Notes: generated by a model from the letters alone, not told the origin. Numbered from the stretch's first letter, positions 9,826 to 19,425 are shown. The stretch: DNA of 64,000 nt from an archaeon (GCA_028279705.1 JANQNF010000005.1:2688-66687), one strand, 5' to 3'. A program made the numbers and translations.

Positions 9826-9930
9826 GATGATTATCTTCTTGATAGTAATCTGTTGCCAGCTTGCAATAATCGCTTACTTGTTATACGAGATTGATAAATC
9901 AATAAACAGTAAACCCTGAGAGGATGAATA

Positions 9931-10071
9931 ATGCCCTTAACCTCGGACCAGCAACGGGAATCTAAAGCCAAACTCGAAGTCTGGCAAGAACTTTCCAAAG
10001 CTTTGAAGAATCTCAACAAATTCCTAGACCTACTTATCAAAGAAGCGGAGAAGAAAGCTAATGACAACTAG
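9931..10071 (+). CDS. Small hypothetical protein (46 aa)
   Basis: GAGAGG RBS; MPLTSDQQRESKAKLEVWQEL... fills the gap and overlaps the next start. Confidence 0.45.
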   Translation: MPLTSDQQRESKAKLEVWQELSKALKNLNKFLDLLIKEAEKKANDN

Positions 10072-11098
10072 AACCGAACCAGACCTGCGACACCTAGACT
10101 TCCTAGAAAGGGTAGCAGGGCTCGACGTGAACCAAGTTGAAGAGAAGGACCGCAGCTACGGAGGTAGTTGGAAGCGTCGTGGCGGAGTCGGCGTCTTTAT
10201 GATGCTTGCTCGCAAGTGGGACCGGCTTGAAAACATGATGGCCAATCCTCAGGCTCTGGTAGCTGGTCCTAAACATCCAACCAAAGAACAAGGCGAACAC
10301 GAGTGCTTCCTATGGGACAAGTACGATATCATAGGGGCCATAGAATCCCAGATCACTAGAGGTCAAGTTCCTGGTGATGCCCCAGACGGTACGGTCCTGG
10401 CCGAAGTCCGCGACCTGCGCCGTTACCTGTTACTGTTGGAGGCCGAGCTACTCAGCCGCGACCATACTCAAAACGCCAATCCCCATGTCGTTCGAGCTAT
10501 GGAAAGATTAGAAAAGGAAGGCACTGTTGTAGGGGAGGATGCTGTCACCCTGATGCAAAGTCAAGCTGTTGGGAGAAGGGTAGAAGCAGTTCAAGCTTCA
10601 GGATCTAGAACCCATCAGACTGATCATCAATATCGGGTTCAGCAATTCATGGAAAAAGCAGGTCAGGAGATTCCTGACCAACCTACCATCCCTGACTTCG
10701 AAGTACGCAAGCTACGTGCAAGGCTGATCTTCGAAGAAGCAATGGAAACCATTGAGGCGATGGGAATTTCCATACGCCATCACATAGTCCACTCTAATAA
10801 CGAGATTTGGTTGGACTCATTCCATAGCACCTACCGGGTCGAGTTTCTCAATAAGGGGGAATGCGTTATCGAGGACGTTGCCGACGGTTGTGCGGATCTG
10901 TCTGTTGTCAACGAAGGTACGTTACTGGCCTTCGGTATCCGGGACAACCCACTACTACAAGAAGTGGACGAAGCCAACCTACGCAAGTTCCGGGGGGATG
11001 CTCACAGGGACGAAGGGGGTAAGTGGATCAAGCCTTCGGACTGGCAACCACCTAACATCGCCAAAGTATTGGAGGACCAAGGATATGACCCTACCTGA
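10061..11098 (+). CDS. Nmad1-like domain fused to MazG/PRA-PH-like NTP pyrophosphohydrolase
   Basis: N-terminal KDRSYGGSWKRRGGVGVFMMLARKWDRL...DLRRYLLL; C-terminal VQQFM...LRARLIFEEA.E...VADGCADL...EVDEANLRK...GKWIKPSDWQPP. Confidence 0.8.
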   Translation: MTTRTEPDLRHLDFLERVAGLDVNQVEEKDRSYGGSWKRRGGVGVFMMLARKWDRLENMMANPQALVAGPKHPTKEQGEHECFLWDKYDIIGAIESQITRGQVPGDAPDGTVLAEVRDLRRYLLLLEAELLSRDHTQNANPHVVRAMERLEKEGTVVGEDAVTLMQSQAVGRRVEAVQASGSRTHQTDHQYRVQQFMEKAGQEIPDQPTIPDFEVRKLRARLIFEEAMETIEAMGISIRHHIVHSNNEIWLDSFHSTYRVEFLNKGECVIEDVADGCADLSVVNEGTLLAFGIRDNPLLQEVDEANLRKFRGDAHRDEGGKWIKPSDWQPPNIAKVLEDQGYDPT

Positions 11099-11288
11099 TT
11101 CAAGTGATTTCGATCAAGCAGAAGCTGGAATGCGGATGATAGCAGGTTCCTGGGCAACCATGTATCTAGCTATTGTAGCTAAGGGAGTTCCTGCTGATCA
11201 CGCTATCCAGATGATAGTTGCTTACATCACAGCAATCAACAGCAAACCAAGTACCCCAGAACCACCCAAGTCGGAGGAAGATGAATGA
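11085..11288 (+). CDS. Hypothetical protein
   Basis: AAGGA RBS; coupled to the flanking genes. Confidence 0.55.
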   Translation: MTLPDSSDFDQAEAGMRMIAGSWATMYLAIVAKGVPADHAIQMIVAYITAINSKPSTPEPPKSEEDE

Positions 11289-13480
11289 AGCTCAAGGATG
11301 CGCCAATCAAGTTACGACCGTACCTGTTTCACGGAGTAGAGATGACGTGGCAGGGCAACGACGATGCAATAGCAACCTGTCCATTCTGTACAAAGGAACA
11401 GAAGTACCACATCAGTCAAGCAACAGGCCAGTATCACTGCAAGGTCTGTGGCAAGAAGGGAAACGTATACACGTTCCTCAAACACTTTCACCAAGCTTGT
11501 GATGAGGTCACTGACCCCGACCAGCTACAGGACTTAGCTGAAGACCGAGGGGTCTCGGTTGAAGTCCTGGAGGAGTGGGGAGTGGTTATGTCTTATTTAC
11601 GCCAGGACTGGCTAGTCCCAACTTATAACGAAGAGGGGAAGGTAAATAACCTATATCGTTATACAGAGTTGGACGGTAAGATGAGGCTGCTCTCCACTCC
11701 TACTTTGAGTCACGGTATATTCGGTCTACAACATTACGATCCAACCAAACAGATGGTTGACATTTGTGAAGGACCGTGGGATGGGATGGCTTGGTACGAA
11801 GTGCTACGACGGTACAAGGAATCCCCTAGCGGGCTTCACCGCTGTATCGAAGTAGGAGATTCCTTGTGGGCAACGACCAACGTCATTGCTGTCCCAGGTT
11901 GTGAGGTGTTCCGTGACACTTGGATGCCGCTGTTCAAAGATAAGGACGTGAACTTCATCTATGACAACGACCATCCCCGTAATCTACCTAGTGGGCGCAT
12001 GGTTCCGCCTCCAAGTTACTCAGGTATGGAACGGGCTTGCAACATCTTGTGTCGTGAAGAAACTGCCAACCTCAGTATCATCCATTGGGGTACAGGAACT
12101 CACGACCCACTACGCAAGGACGGGTACGACCTGCGAGATCTTATTAACGACCGCGGATTACCAGCCGTGATTCACACGGTCAGGTCTATGTTATCTTCTC
12201 CCCCAGAAGACTGGGTGGATCCTGAGAATCCAAGCGTGTCTACAGGTGAGTTGCTAGAACCTACTCCTTGTGACAACTTTGTAGAACTCAGGGAGTACTG
12301 GAAGAAGGCACTCAAGTGGACCGATTCATTGGACACCACGTTGGCTGTGATGCTGGCTACAGCCGCGAGTACCAAGTTGCAAGGAGACCAGCTATGGCTC
12401 CGGGTAGTTGGTCCTCCGGGCAGTGCCAAGTCTACGCTCTGCGAAGCGTTAAGTGTAGATAAAGAACACGTACACTCTATCAGTATCCAGAAAGGGTTCC
12501 ACAGTGGTTACCGAGGATCAGGGGCACAGAAGGGGAAAGACTCAAGTCTCATACCCCGAATGGATGGTAAGACCGTCATCACTAAGGACGGGGATACCTT
12601 GCTCAACAGCGCTAATCGTGATCAAACACTTAGCGAGATGCGGGACTTCTACGACGGAACAAGTCGTGCAGAATATAAGAACTTTAAGAAGAGTTCATAT
12701 TCTGGGTTGCGTATCACTTTCATCCTTGCAGGGACGCGATCTCTCTATCGATTGAACAAGTCCTTCTTGGGTGATAGGTTCGTGGACTGTATTATCTACG
12801 ATCGCAAGACAGACTACGACCCTGAGCTCGAGGAGGAAATCCTAGACCGAGCAGCACTGAACGCTCTCAAACGTGTACGGCAGGAAAGTGATGGGACTGC
12901 TGAAAACACTTCAGACCCTAGATTGATTGATGCTATGAAGTATACTGCTGGATATGTTCAGTGGTTGCGCGAGCACGTACAGGAGCGGATCAACAAGGTC
13001 GAATGTCCTGATGATGTACTCCGCCGGTGCCGTGAACTCGGTGTGCTTACCAGTTACATGCGGGCTAGACCGGACAAGGAGCTTGACGATGAAGAACAAG
13101 AAGTCGAGTTGGCCACTAGACTCACCAGTCAATACGTTAGGTTGGCGAACTGTCTTGCCGTTGTACTTAACCGTGATGCCGTGGACAATGTGGTCATGGA
13201 CCAAGTCGTTAAGGTGGCCACTGATACGAGTAGAGGACTCAACCTTAGGATTACCGAGTTGCTCTACTACGCAGAAGACATGGGTATGGAAGCGTCCCGA
13301 ATCGCCCTTCGTCTTAACAAGGGTGATAGTACCGTGCGAAGAGCTTTGAAGTTCTTGCGGGAAATTGAGGTAGTCAAACCAATGTCAGTCAATAACAACA
13401 GTGGGAGTCGTGGTCGCAACCGGCATATGTGGACTCTCACTGATCAAGTCCGTCATTTATTTGAGGCATTACAAGTATGA
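11285..13480 (+). CDS. DNA primase-helicase (Zn finger + TOPRIM + AAA+/MCM-like ATPase + wHTH)
   Basis: CPFC...CKVC, CEGPWD, YDND, Walker A GPPGSAKS, helical/HTH C-terminus. Confidence 0.85.
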   Translation: MKLKDAPIKLRPYLFHGVEMTWQGNDDAIATCPFCTKEQKYHISQATGQYHCKVCGKKGNVYTFLKHFHQACDEVTDPDQLQDLAEDRGVSVEVLEEWGVVMSYLRQDWLVPTYNEEGKVNNLYRYTELDGKMRLLSTPTLSHGIFGLQHYDPTKQMVDICEGPWDGMAWYEVLRRYKESPSGLHRCIEVGDSLWATTNVIAVPGCEVFRDTWMPLFKDKDVNFIYDNDHPRNLPSGRMVPPPSYSGMERACNILCREETANLSIIHWGTGTHDPLRKDGYDLRDLINDRGLPAVIHTVRSMLSSPPEDWVDPENPSVSTGELLEPTPCDNFVELREYWKKALKWTDSLDTTLAVMLATAASTKLQGDQLWLRVVGPPGSAKSTLCEALSVDKEHVHSISIQKGFHSGYRGSGAQKGKDSSLIPRMDGKTVITKDGDTLLNSANRDQTLSEMRDFYDGTSRAEYKNFKKSSYSGLRITFILAGTRSLYRLNKSFLGDRFVDCIIYDRKTDYDPELEEEILDRAALNALKRVRQESDGTAENTSDPRLIDAMKYTAGYVQWLREHVQERINKVECPDDVLRRCRELGVLTSYMRARPDKELDDEEQEVELATRLTSQYVRLANCLAVVLNRDAVDNVVMDQVVKVATDTSRGLNLRITELLYYAEDMGMEASRIALRLNKGDSTVRRALKFLREIEVVKPMSVNNNSGSRGRNRHMWTLTDQVRHLFEALQV

Positions 13481-13779
13481 CTGAGAACAAAGTAACGATT
13501 CTTACGTGTATCCCAGTCAATTGGGACCAGTACACAGACCGAGTCAAGGAAGAGATGATGAGATTGGGTTATGTGGAAGGTAAACCAAAATACATGAATT
13601 CTATCAAGGGATCATGCGATGAGTGTTCGACCGAAGTATTTATTGGTCCCAGTCAACAGGATCTTCTGCCTTGTAAGATCCTGTGCGTAACTTGTGCGGT
13701 TACTCTTATGAACAACCATCCAGACCAATCAAGGATTAGATGTCTAGGAAATGACAACACTATTACAGGGAACAACTAA
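13477..13779 (+). CDS. Hypothetical Zn-binding protein
   Basis: CDEC...CVTC; ATGA coupling. Confidence 0.55.
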   Translation: MTENKVTILTCIPVNWDQYTDRVKEEMMRLGYVEGKPKYMNSIKGSCDECSTEVFIGPSQQDLLPCKILCVTCAVTLMNNHPDQSRIRCLGNDNTITGNN

Positions 13780-14081
13780 TGCCTAGAGTGAAATGCAAAC
13801 ACTGTGGACACCCTCGACCTGACGGGGTTACTACCTACAAGCACTGCGTGAAGTGTAATCAACAAACAGGTATACTGAAAGCAGGTATTACCGTGGACGA
13901 TTGGAAGGTGCCTATCTTCCGGGAGTTACTGGATGGGAACAGCTTTGATTACCAAGTCCACAACGGTCTTACCAAGAAGGACCGTATCATTGTGGTCTGG
14001 TTACAGAACAGTCTGGATGCGCAGACCCTCCACTACTTAACCAAGTCAGCACAGAGAAAGGCTGCTGAACTCAAAAACTAA
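13779..14081 (+). CDS. Hypothetical Zn-ribbon protein
   Basis: CKHC...CVKC; TAATG coupling. Confidence 0.6.
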   Translation: MPRVKCKHCGHPRPDGVTTYKHCVKCNQQTGILKAGITVDDWKVPIFRELLDGNSFDYQVHNGLTKKDRIIVVWLQNSLDAQTLHYLTKSAQRKAAELKN

Positions 14082-14139
14082 AAAGTCCAAACTCCCAAAA
14101 TTATTTTTTACCAATTTCGTTTCAGTAAAATGAAAAATC

Positions 14140-14598
14140 ATGGATAGCTTTCACGGTCTTAACGGGTTCAAGTTGGATTACTATCCGGCGTTTCAACCAC
14201 AGCAATATGCAAACTACACCCCTTCCTCAGCCTCATCTAGTGAGTTCTATGAATCGATGGAGAAGGCTAGAAGACGTATGCAAGAGTTGAAAGCAGGTGA
14301 GAGATACTACATTGAGAGCCACTGCTTCATGCTTCTTAATGAATCTACTATGAGATCCTGGCAGCTACGCATCCATCATCTTACACCAGAACCTAGATGT
14401 GCCTGTCCATTTAATTTCCTGAACGAATACGACAGATGGTTCGAGTGGCAGAAGTTGGTTCAGTTTGAAAGGATGAACACCTTGGAAGCAGCAGTTAAGG
14501 TGACCGGAGTTACCAGGATCTGGGTTATCGAACCTCCCAGGTTCGATCCCCTGTCCGTGATGAGACAACCTTTATGGAGCCCTAAGAATGATGACTGA
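14140..14598 (+). CDS. Hypothetical protein
   Basis: 152-aa ORF in operon direction after an AT-rich gap. Confidence 0.5.
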   Translation: MDSFHGLNGFKLDYYPAFQPQQYANYTPSSASSSEFYESMEKARRRMQELKAGERYYIESHCFMLLNESTMRSWQLRIHHLTPEPRCACPFNFLNEYDRWFEWQKLVQFERMNTLEAAVKVTGVTRIWVIEPPRFDPLSVMRQPLWSPKNDD

Positions 14599-15082
14599 CT
14601 GTGAAATCCTTGCAGTCACTGGTCACAGACCTCCAAAGCTAGGGGGGTATGATCTTCTCCTATTTGATTGCCTAGTGCGCTTTGCTGTTACAGAACTCAA
14701 GCAAATCCAACCAGAGTACGTCCTTACAGGTATGGCGTTAGGTTGGGACCAAGCAATAGCGGAAGCCTGTGACAGGATTGGTATCCCGTTCATAGCCTGC
14801 TTACCGCACGACAATCCAGGAAGTAACTGGCCAGACCATAGCCGTGAGTACCTAGACCAGTTACTGAACAAAGCACATGACATCTGGTGGTGTCCGGGAG
14901 GACCGTACGAACCACAGAAGATGCAGATACGTAACGAAACAATGGTGGATGAGTGTGACACGTTGCTTGCCCTGTACGACGGAGAGCCACAAGGCGGAAC
15001 TCATAACTGTGTGAACTACGCACAAATGGAAAGCAACTGCCTAATCATCAACTGTTGGGAACGATGGGAACCCTTTATCTAA
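14588..15082 (+). CDS. SLOG family (YspA/DUF1273-like) protein
   Basis: AVTGHRP, TGMALGWD, RNETMVD, GGTHNCVNYA. Confidence 0.85.
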   Translation: MMTDCEILAVTGHRPPKLGGYDLLLFDCLVRFAVTELKQIQPEYVLTGMALGWDQAIAEACDRIGIPFIACLPHDNPGSNWPDHSREYLDQLLNKAHDIWWCPGGPYEPQKMQIRNETMVDECDTLLALYDGEPQGGTHNCVNYAQMESNCLIINCWERWEPFI

Positions 15083-15102
15083 TTAACACTGAGGAAATAA
15101 AT

Positions 15103-15552
15103 ATGGGAATGATAACCGTGAGACTACCCGATACCAAGCACGAAGGTATCAAACTGGCAGCGGAGGACGCTGGCCTAAGTATGAATACTTGGTGCGTTCA
15201 AAAACTCTGCCAAGCCGCAGGAAAGTTTGTGCCTCCTGAACCCCAAGAGATCATTCTAGAAGGTGGTCCTCTGCACAACACTCTTCACCAGACCGAAGAC
15301 ATTGTCACTCATCTGGTACTAGACGAACCAGATCACTTGTACCAATTGAGGGCTGATGAAATTGCTAAGATCAGTCCCGTCCCACCGTTACGAAACCAGT
15401 ACACCTACAAAAGAAGTGGAGAACGCAAGCACAGGTATCCAGCAGAAGGTACAAGAGTTCTAACCCCCATTTTCAAATTCATCTCAGTGAACGTTATTAC
15501 CAATGATGCAGATCTTTCCCCACAAAGTAGTGAACAAGATTCACTGCGGTAA
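15103..15552 (+). CDS. Ribbon-helix-helix (HicB/Arc-like) domain protein
   Basis: GAGG RBS; ITVRLPDTKHEGIKLAAEDAGLSMNTWC is an RHH pattern. Confidence 0.6.
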   Translation: MGMITVRLPDTKHEGIKLAAEDAGLSMNTWCVQKLCQAAGKFVPPEPQEIILEGGPLHNTLHQTEDIVTHLVLDEPDHLYQLRADEIAKISPVPPLRNQYTYKRSGERKHRYPAEGTRVLTPIFKFISVNVITNDADLSPQSSEQDSLR

Positions 15553-16363
15553 CTGTGCCCACGTACTCCGTAAGATGGTCCCAGACCAAGTCATTGATCT
15601 CACAGTCACCAGCCCACCGTATGACGATCTCCGTGCTTACGAGGGGTTCAAGTTTGACTGGCGTAGTATCATCAAGCAACTATGGCGAATTACCAAGATC
15701 GGCGGAGTTGTGGTCTGGGTCGTGGCTGATCAAGTAGAAGACGGTAGTGAGACTGGAACCAGTTTCCAACAAGCTATCTTCTTCCAAGCTGTAGGCTTCA
15801 GACTCCACGACACTATGATCTATCGTCGGGCTCCCAGGTTCCCAGACGTTATCCGCTATCCTCAGTGGTTTGAGTATATGTTCGTGTTCAGTAAGGGACC
15901 ACCCAAAACGTTCAATCCTATTTGTGACCGCAAGAACACTACAGCCGGGACTAAGGGAGGCAACAGACGCCGCGATCCTAAGACCGGTGAAGTTGTAGGC
16001 ACAGGCCAAGAGAAGAACGTTCGTAAGGACTACGGAGCACGTGAGAATATATGGACTTACCTAGCAGGTAGTGCCGAGAGTGAAGACCTGGGACATCCAG
16101 CTAAGTTCCCTGATCAGCTTGCTATGGATCACATCCTAAGCTGGTCTGATCCTGGCGACCTTGTCCTAGATCCTATGTGTGGTAGCGGCACGACCTGTGC
16201 TATGGCCAAGAAAGCCGGGCGCGAATACGTAGGTATTGACATTAGTGAGAACTACTGCCAGATTGCTCGTGGTACAGTGGAGTCTCACCAACTAGCTGCC
16301 GAGTTCGAGACCGGCACACCTTCCTCCCAGAGAAAGCCAATAGGCGGAAAAGGATTACTATGA
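15503..16363 (+). CDS. DNA methyltransferase (N4-C/N6-A, beta class)
   Basis: TSPPY catalytic motif precedes HPAKFP and the VLDPMCGSGTT SAM-binding motif. Confidence 0.92.
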   Translation: MMQIFPHKVVNKIHCGNCAHVLRKMVPDQVIDLTVTSPPYDDLRAYEGFKFDWRSIIKQLWRITKIGGVVVWVVADQVEDGSETGTSFQQAIFFQAVGFRLHDTMIYRRAPRFPDVIRYPQWFEYMFVFSKGPPKTFNPICDRKNTTAGTKGGNRRRDPKTGEVVGTGQEKNVRKDYGARENIWTYLAGSAESEDLGHPAKFPDQLAMDHILSWSDPGDLVLDPMCGSGTTCAMAKKAGREYVGIDISENYCQIARGTVESHQLAAEFETGTPSSQRKPIGGKGLL

Positions 16364-17199
16364 CGACCAGCACTAAAACAGTATGTGAATGTCTTGATTT
16401 GTTACTCCCTCTGATTCCAGAAGACGAACCCATGTACACTGAGTTGAAGTACATGAGGGATAATATCTTCATGGAACTACCTGAGAACACCTTCAGCTTG
16501 ATGCAAGAAACTTACAAGATCATGCAGGAGCACATAACTCCGGGTGGTGTAGAAGACCTGAAACAGTGGGAGCACGATCTATGTGTGCGGTGGAAAGAAT
16601 ACTGGAATCCAACAGGTCAGGAACCTGCTCCTACTCCACCTAACCGGACTGAACAGAAGTATCCGGGCATACATACGTGGATTGCAACGTCTATAGGTCA
16701 AGAGTTCGATCTCGCTGAACCTAACCCTAAGATTATCCACATCGATGACATCGCCCAAGGATTGAGCAACATCTGCCGGTACGCTGGTCAGTGCAACAAG
16801 TTCTACAGTGTAGCTCAACACAGCGTAATTGTTGCCAGGAATGTTCCTAAGGAGTTGCGTCTGCCTGCTTTACTACACGATGCGGCGGAAGCCTACATTG
16901 GGGACATCACAGCACCCCTCAAAAGGATGCTCGGTAACGTGTGGCACGAGATTGAGTGGTCTATTGACGTAGCAATCGCGGAGGCCTTTGATTTCTCCCC
17001 AGAGTTGTTTGACGCCCCCGAAATTGAGCTTGCTGATAAGCGAGCTATGATGGCCGAGGTCAGGGATCTGTTTAATCACAAACCAAACATACCTCCCTAC
17101 GCCGAACCTTTGGAAGAACGCATAAGCCCGATGATCCCGTTCGATGCCCGACATTTATTTTTGGGCGAGCTCAGCAAGTACAGGTGGGAATCAAAGTGA
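16360..17199 (+). CDS. HD-domain 5'-deoxynucleotidase (YfbR-like) with N-terminal extension
   Basis: IDDIAQGLSNICRYAG, YSVAQHS, ALLHDAAEAYIGDI, ADKR. Confidence 0.88.
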   Translation: MTTSTKTVCECLDLLLPLIPEDEPMYTELKYMRDNIFMELPENTFSLMQETYKIMQEHITPGGVEDLKQWEHDLCVRWKEYWNPTGQEPAPTPPNRTEQKYPGIHTWIATSIGQEFDLAEPNPKIIHIDDIAQGLSNICRYAGQCNKFYSVAQHSVIVARNVPKELRLPALLHDAAEAYIGDITAPLKRMLGNVWHEIEWSIDVAIAEAFDFSPELFDAPEIELADKRAMMAEVRDLFNHKPNIPPYAEPLEERISPMIPFDARHLFLGELSKYRWESK

Positions 17200-17244
17200 T
17201 TCCGGTGCTCAATGGCGCTATGTCCATTTTCTCTGAAGATAGTT

Positions 17245-17630
17245 GGAAACCCCCTGTTAGGGGGGTGGAGCTTGGTAACCCCCCGATGGTGGCAATACCG
17301 GGCCAAAACACCCCCTATCGGGGGGCTCGTAGCAAACGGGCCAAATGTCGCACCTGTATCGCGTTTTTCAGACCCGGCTGGTTATACCCCCCTGCCAAAA
17401 ACGCGAGCCACGTGCGACCCTCCGAGGCCGTGCCGCAACCCCTGTCAGCCAGCCAAAACGGGGGCAATATGGCCAACCCGCCAAATATCGCACCTAACGC
17501 TCGCCCCAATTGGCCGATACCTAGTACGCATTTTTCAGAAACGCGATACACGGCCGATGCTGGCCTGCTAATTTCCGATATTTGCATTTAACCCCGTAAT
17601 ACAGGCCAACCAGCCAAAAGCCTAATGGAA
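17245..17630. promoter_or_regulatory. Non-coding island with repeated CAAATATCG(C/G) motifs
   Basis: CCAAATGTCGCACCT 17341, CCAAATATCGCACCT 17481, reverse TCCGATATTTG 17574; G/C runs; same motif and composition as 31.7-34.2 kb. Confidence 0.6.
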
Positions 17631-17640
17631 GGAAGGAACC

Positions 17641-17931
17641 ATGGAAAGTAGGAAACCCCCTCAGTATGCAGACGTCGTGGAAGATCGACACTTCCAACAT
17701 AAGGGAGTACGGGTGCACGAACTGGTTGTAAACAACTGGTTCAATACTGGTACGTGTATGGTGATCTGGGCTCGTGAGGAGTTTACGCTTACGGAAGTAG
17801 AGCTTCCTGATGGGTCGGTGGTTCCAAACCCTGTAGCGTATAAAGAAATGCTTCTTCCTATGGGAGAACATTCGTTAGAGTTCGCTAAGAATCGTGTGAT
17901 GAATGCTTTCGATGACCATTGGAATCTGTAA
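17641..17931 (+). CDS. Hypothetical protein
   Basis: GGAAGGA RBS; first gene of a coupled 4-gene run. Confidence 0.6.
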   Translation: MESRKPPQYADVVEDRHFQHKGVRVHELVVNNWFNTGTCMVIWAREEFTLTEVELPDGSVVPNPVAYKEMLLPMGEHSLEFAKNRVMNAFDDHWNL

Positions 17932-18127
17932 TGAAAAGGTTTGTCCTACAACACAGATACCAAGACGAAGGTTGGCAACGGTTGAACGGGGAAGAGTATG
18001 ATGAGGAAGCTGAAGCCATACTGGTAGCTGCTCAACTCAGTTGTGATGCTATCTGTTACGGAATGGTAAGAGTCGTGGATACTAAACTTCAACAAGTAGT
18101 AACAACATTTAGCGCAGGAGTGTCAGA

Positions 18128-18493
18128 ATGAATTTTGAAGCCCATGTACAGAAGCTAAGACAGGATGCTGCCAAGCAGTTCCGTATGACCTACGGTATGA
18201 ACCTTGAGCAGTGGAATACCATGACCTGGGACGAGTGGCACAAGATCCCTGTCTTTGAGGCTATGCGCCTAGTTCCTCTGGGAGGTAGAATCAGGTTCAT
18301 GAATACTGAGTTGGAAGAATTGTCCTACAGCTATGCTGTGGCCAAGGGTGGAGTATTATTGGGGGTAGATATAGAAGCCCGACCAGACCACCTGTTCAGT
18401 GGAGCAGTCAGGGCAAGTGAAGGTGACGTTGATGATGCGGCACGGGAAGCCATAACGACCCTTATAGAACTCGCATACCTACGAGGTAAATAG
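18128..18493 (+). CDS. Hypothetical protein
   Basis: AGGAG RBS; ATGA coupling. Confidence 0.6.
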   Translation: MNFEAHVQKLRQDAAKQFRMTYGMNLEQWNTMTWDEWHKIPVFEAMRLVPLGGRIRFMNTELEELSYSYAVAKGGVLLGVDIEARPDHLFSGAVRASEGDVDDAAREAITTLIELAYLRGK

Positions 18494-18494
18494 A

Positions 18495-18722
18495 ATGAAG
18501 TTAAAGAACCCAATAGGTTCCTTGAGGGATACTGAAGATGTTGTTGGTTATATGAGAGGGTTGAGGGACTTGGCTGTTAACATGACCGACAAAGCAGGTA
18601 TCACTATGGATAATGAAGCAGCAAATCAGAAACAGATTGAATGTGGAATCTGTCATTATTTAGATATCATCGCTGTAGGGATGATCACGATAGTAGAAAA
18701 TCTACCTGAGAAGAAGTCCTAA
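18495..18722 (+). CDS. Hypothetical protein
   Basis: GAGG RBS; last gene of the rightward arm. Confidence 0.6.
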   Translation: MKLKNPIGSLRDTEDVVGYMRGLRDLAVNMTDKAGITMDNEAANQKQIECGICHYLDIIAVGMITIVENLPEKKS

Positions 18723-18742
18723 AGGGGGTATAAATACCCCCT
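18723..18742. terminator. Hairpin at the convergence of the + and - arms
   Basis: AGGGGGTAT-AA-ATACCCCCT inverted repeat between convergent stops. Confidence 0.6.
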
Positions 18743-18758
18743 CTAGGAATGGCGTGGG

Positions 18759-19154
18759 TTAGGATTGGCTAGGAGCAGGTTCCGGCGTTTCCGGTTGTGT
18801 CTCCTCCGGTTCGTACTTGGTCAGTTTGGAAAGATCAAACCCTGTGACCATAACAGCATTGTCAGGGATGCCATCCCATTCCAATGGTTGATCAACATTG
18901 TAATAAACTTCACCACCAACCTTAGCCATGTGCTGGTTCTTGCACAGCGCTAACGCTCCGCCTTCACCATCGATGGCTTCTTGGAGCGTCTTGAATCCTT
19001 CTGTGTGGTGCCCTTTGCTTTTCCAGCGCTCGGCATCACCTAGCTGGCCAGACGGGGGCGGTGCTTCCCAAAGCAAGATGGGATGGTACGTATCCTGTGC
19101 TTCATTGTGAAGTATTAGGATAACCGGGTTGTAAGGAATTGTCGGTACTATCAT
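18759..19154 (-). CDS. Hypothetical protein
   Basis: 131-aa ORF, last gene of the leftward arm. Confidence 0.6.
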   Translation of the reverse strand: MIVPTIPYNPVILILHNEAQDTYHPILLWEAPPPSGQLGDAERWKSKGHHTEGFKTLQEAIDGEGGALALCKNQHMAKVGGEVYYNVDQPLEWDGIPDNAVMVTGFDLSKLTKYEPEETQPETPEPAPSQS

Positions 19155-19423
19155 TTCAAATCCTTTGCTCTATAAACTTTGCCTTTGATTTCCAACCGTA
19201 CGATAGCCCGAAGGTTCACGTTACGGTACTCTTGGAGGTCTGTATCCCATACGGTTAACAGATCCTTATCTTCAGGATCATAGGGCTGTCCTTGCCCTGT
19301 GACCCCTTCCTTAACACCAAGCTGGCATGACATCCGTCTAAGCCTCCCGTTGGTGCGTTTTCTAAACGTACATACGAAAGGCTCATTACCAGCTTCCTTC
19401 CTGATAAATTCACCTACGTTCAT
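19151..19423 (-). CDS. WYL-like/SH3-fold phage protein
   Basis: FVCTFRKRTNGRLRRMSC...LLTVWD...YRNVN pattern. Confidence 0.6.
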   Translation of the reverse strand: MNVGEFIRKEAGNEPFVCTFRKRTNGRLRRMSCQLGVKEGVTGQGQPYDPEDKDLLTVWDTDLQEYRNVNLRAIVRLEIKGKVYRAKDLK

Positions 19424-19425
19424 TT

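Noticed and set aside
17184-17591. Three overlapping ORFs (both strands) across the 17.2-17.6 kb island
   Set aside because: Pro/Arg/Ala-rich, no RBS, and open in several frames because the sequence is GC-rich and TGA/TCA-poor; better explained as non-coding.
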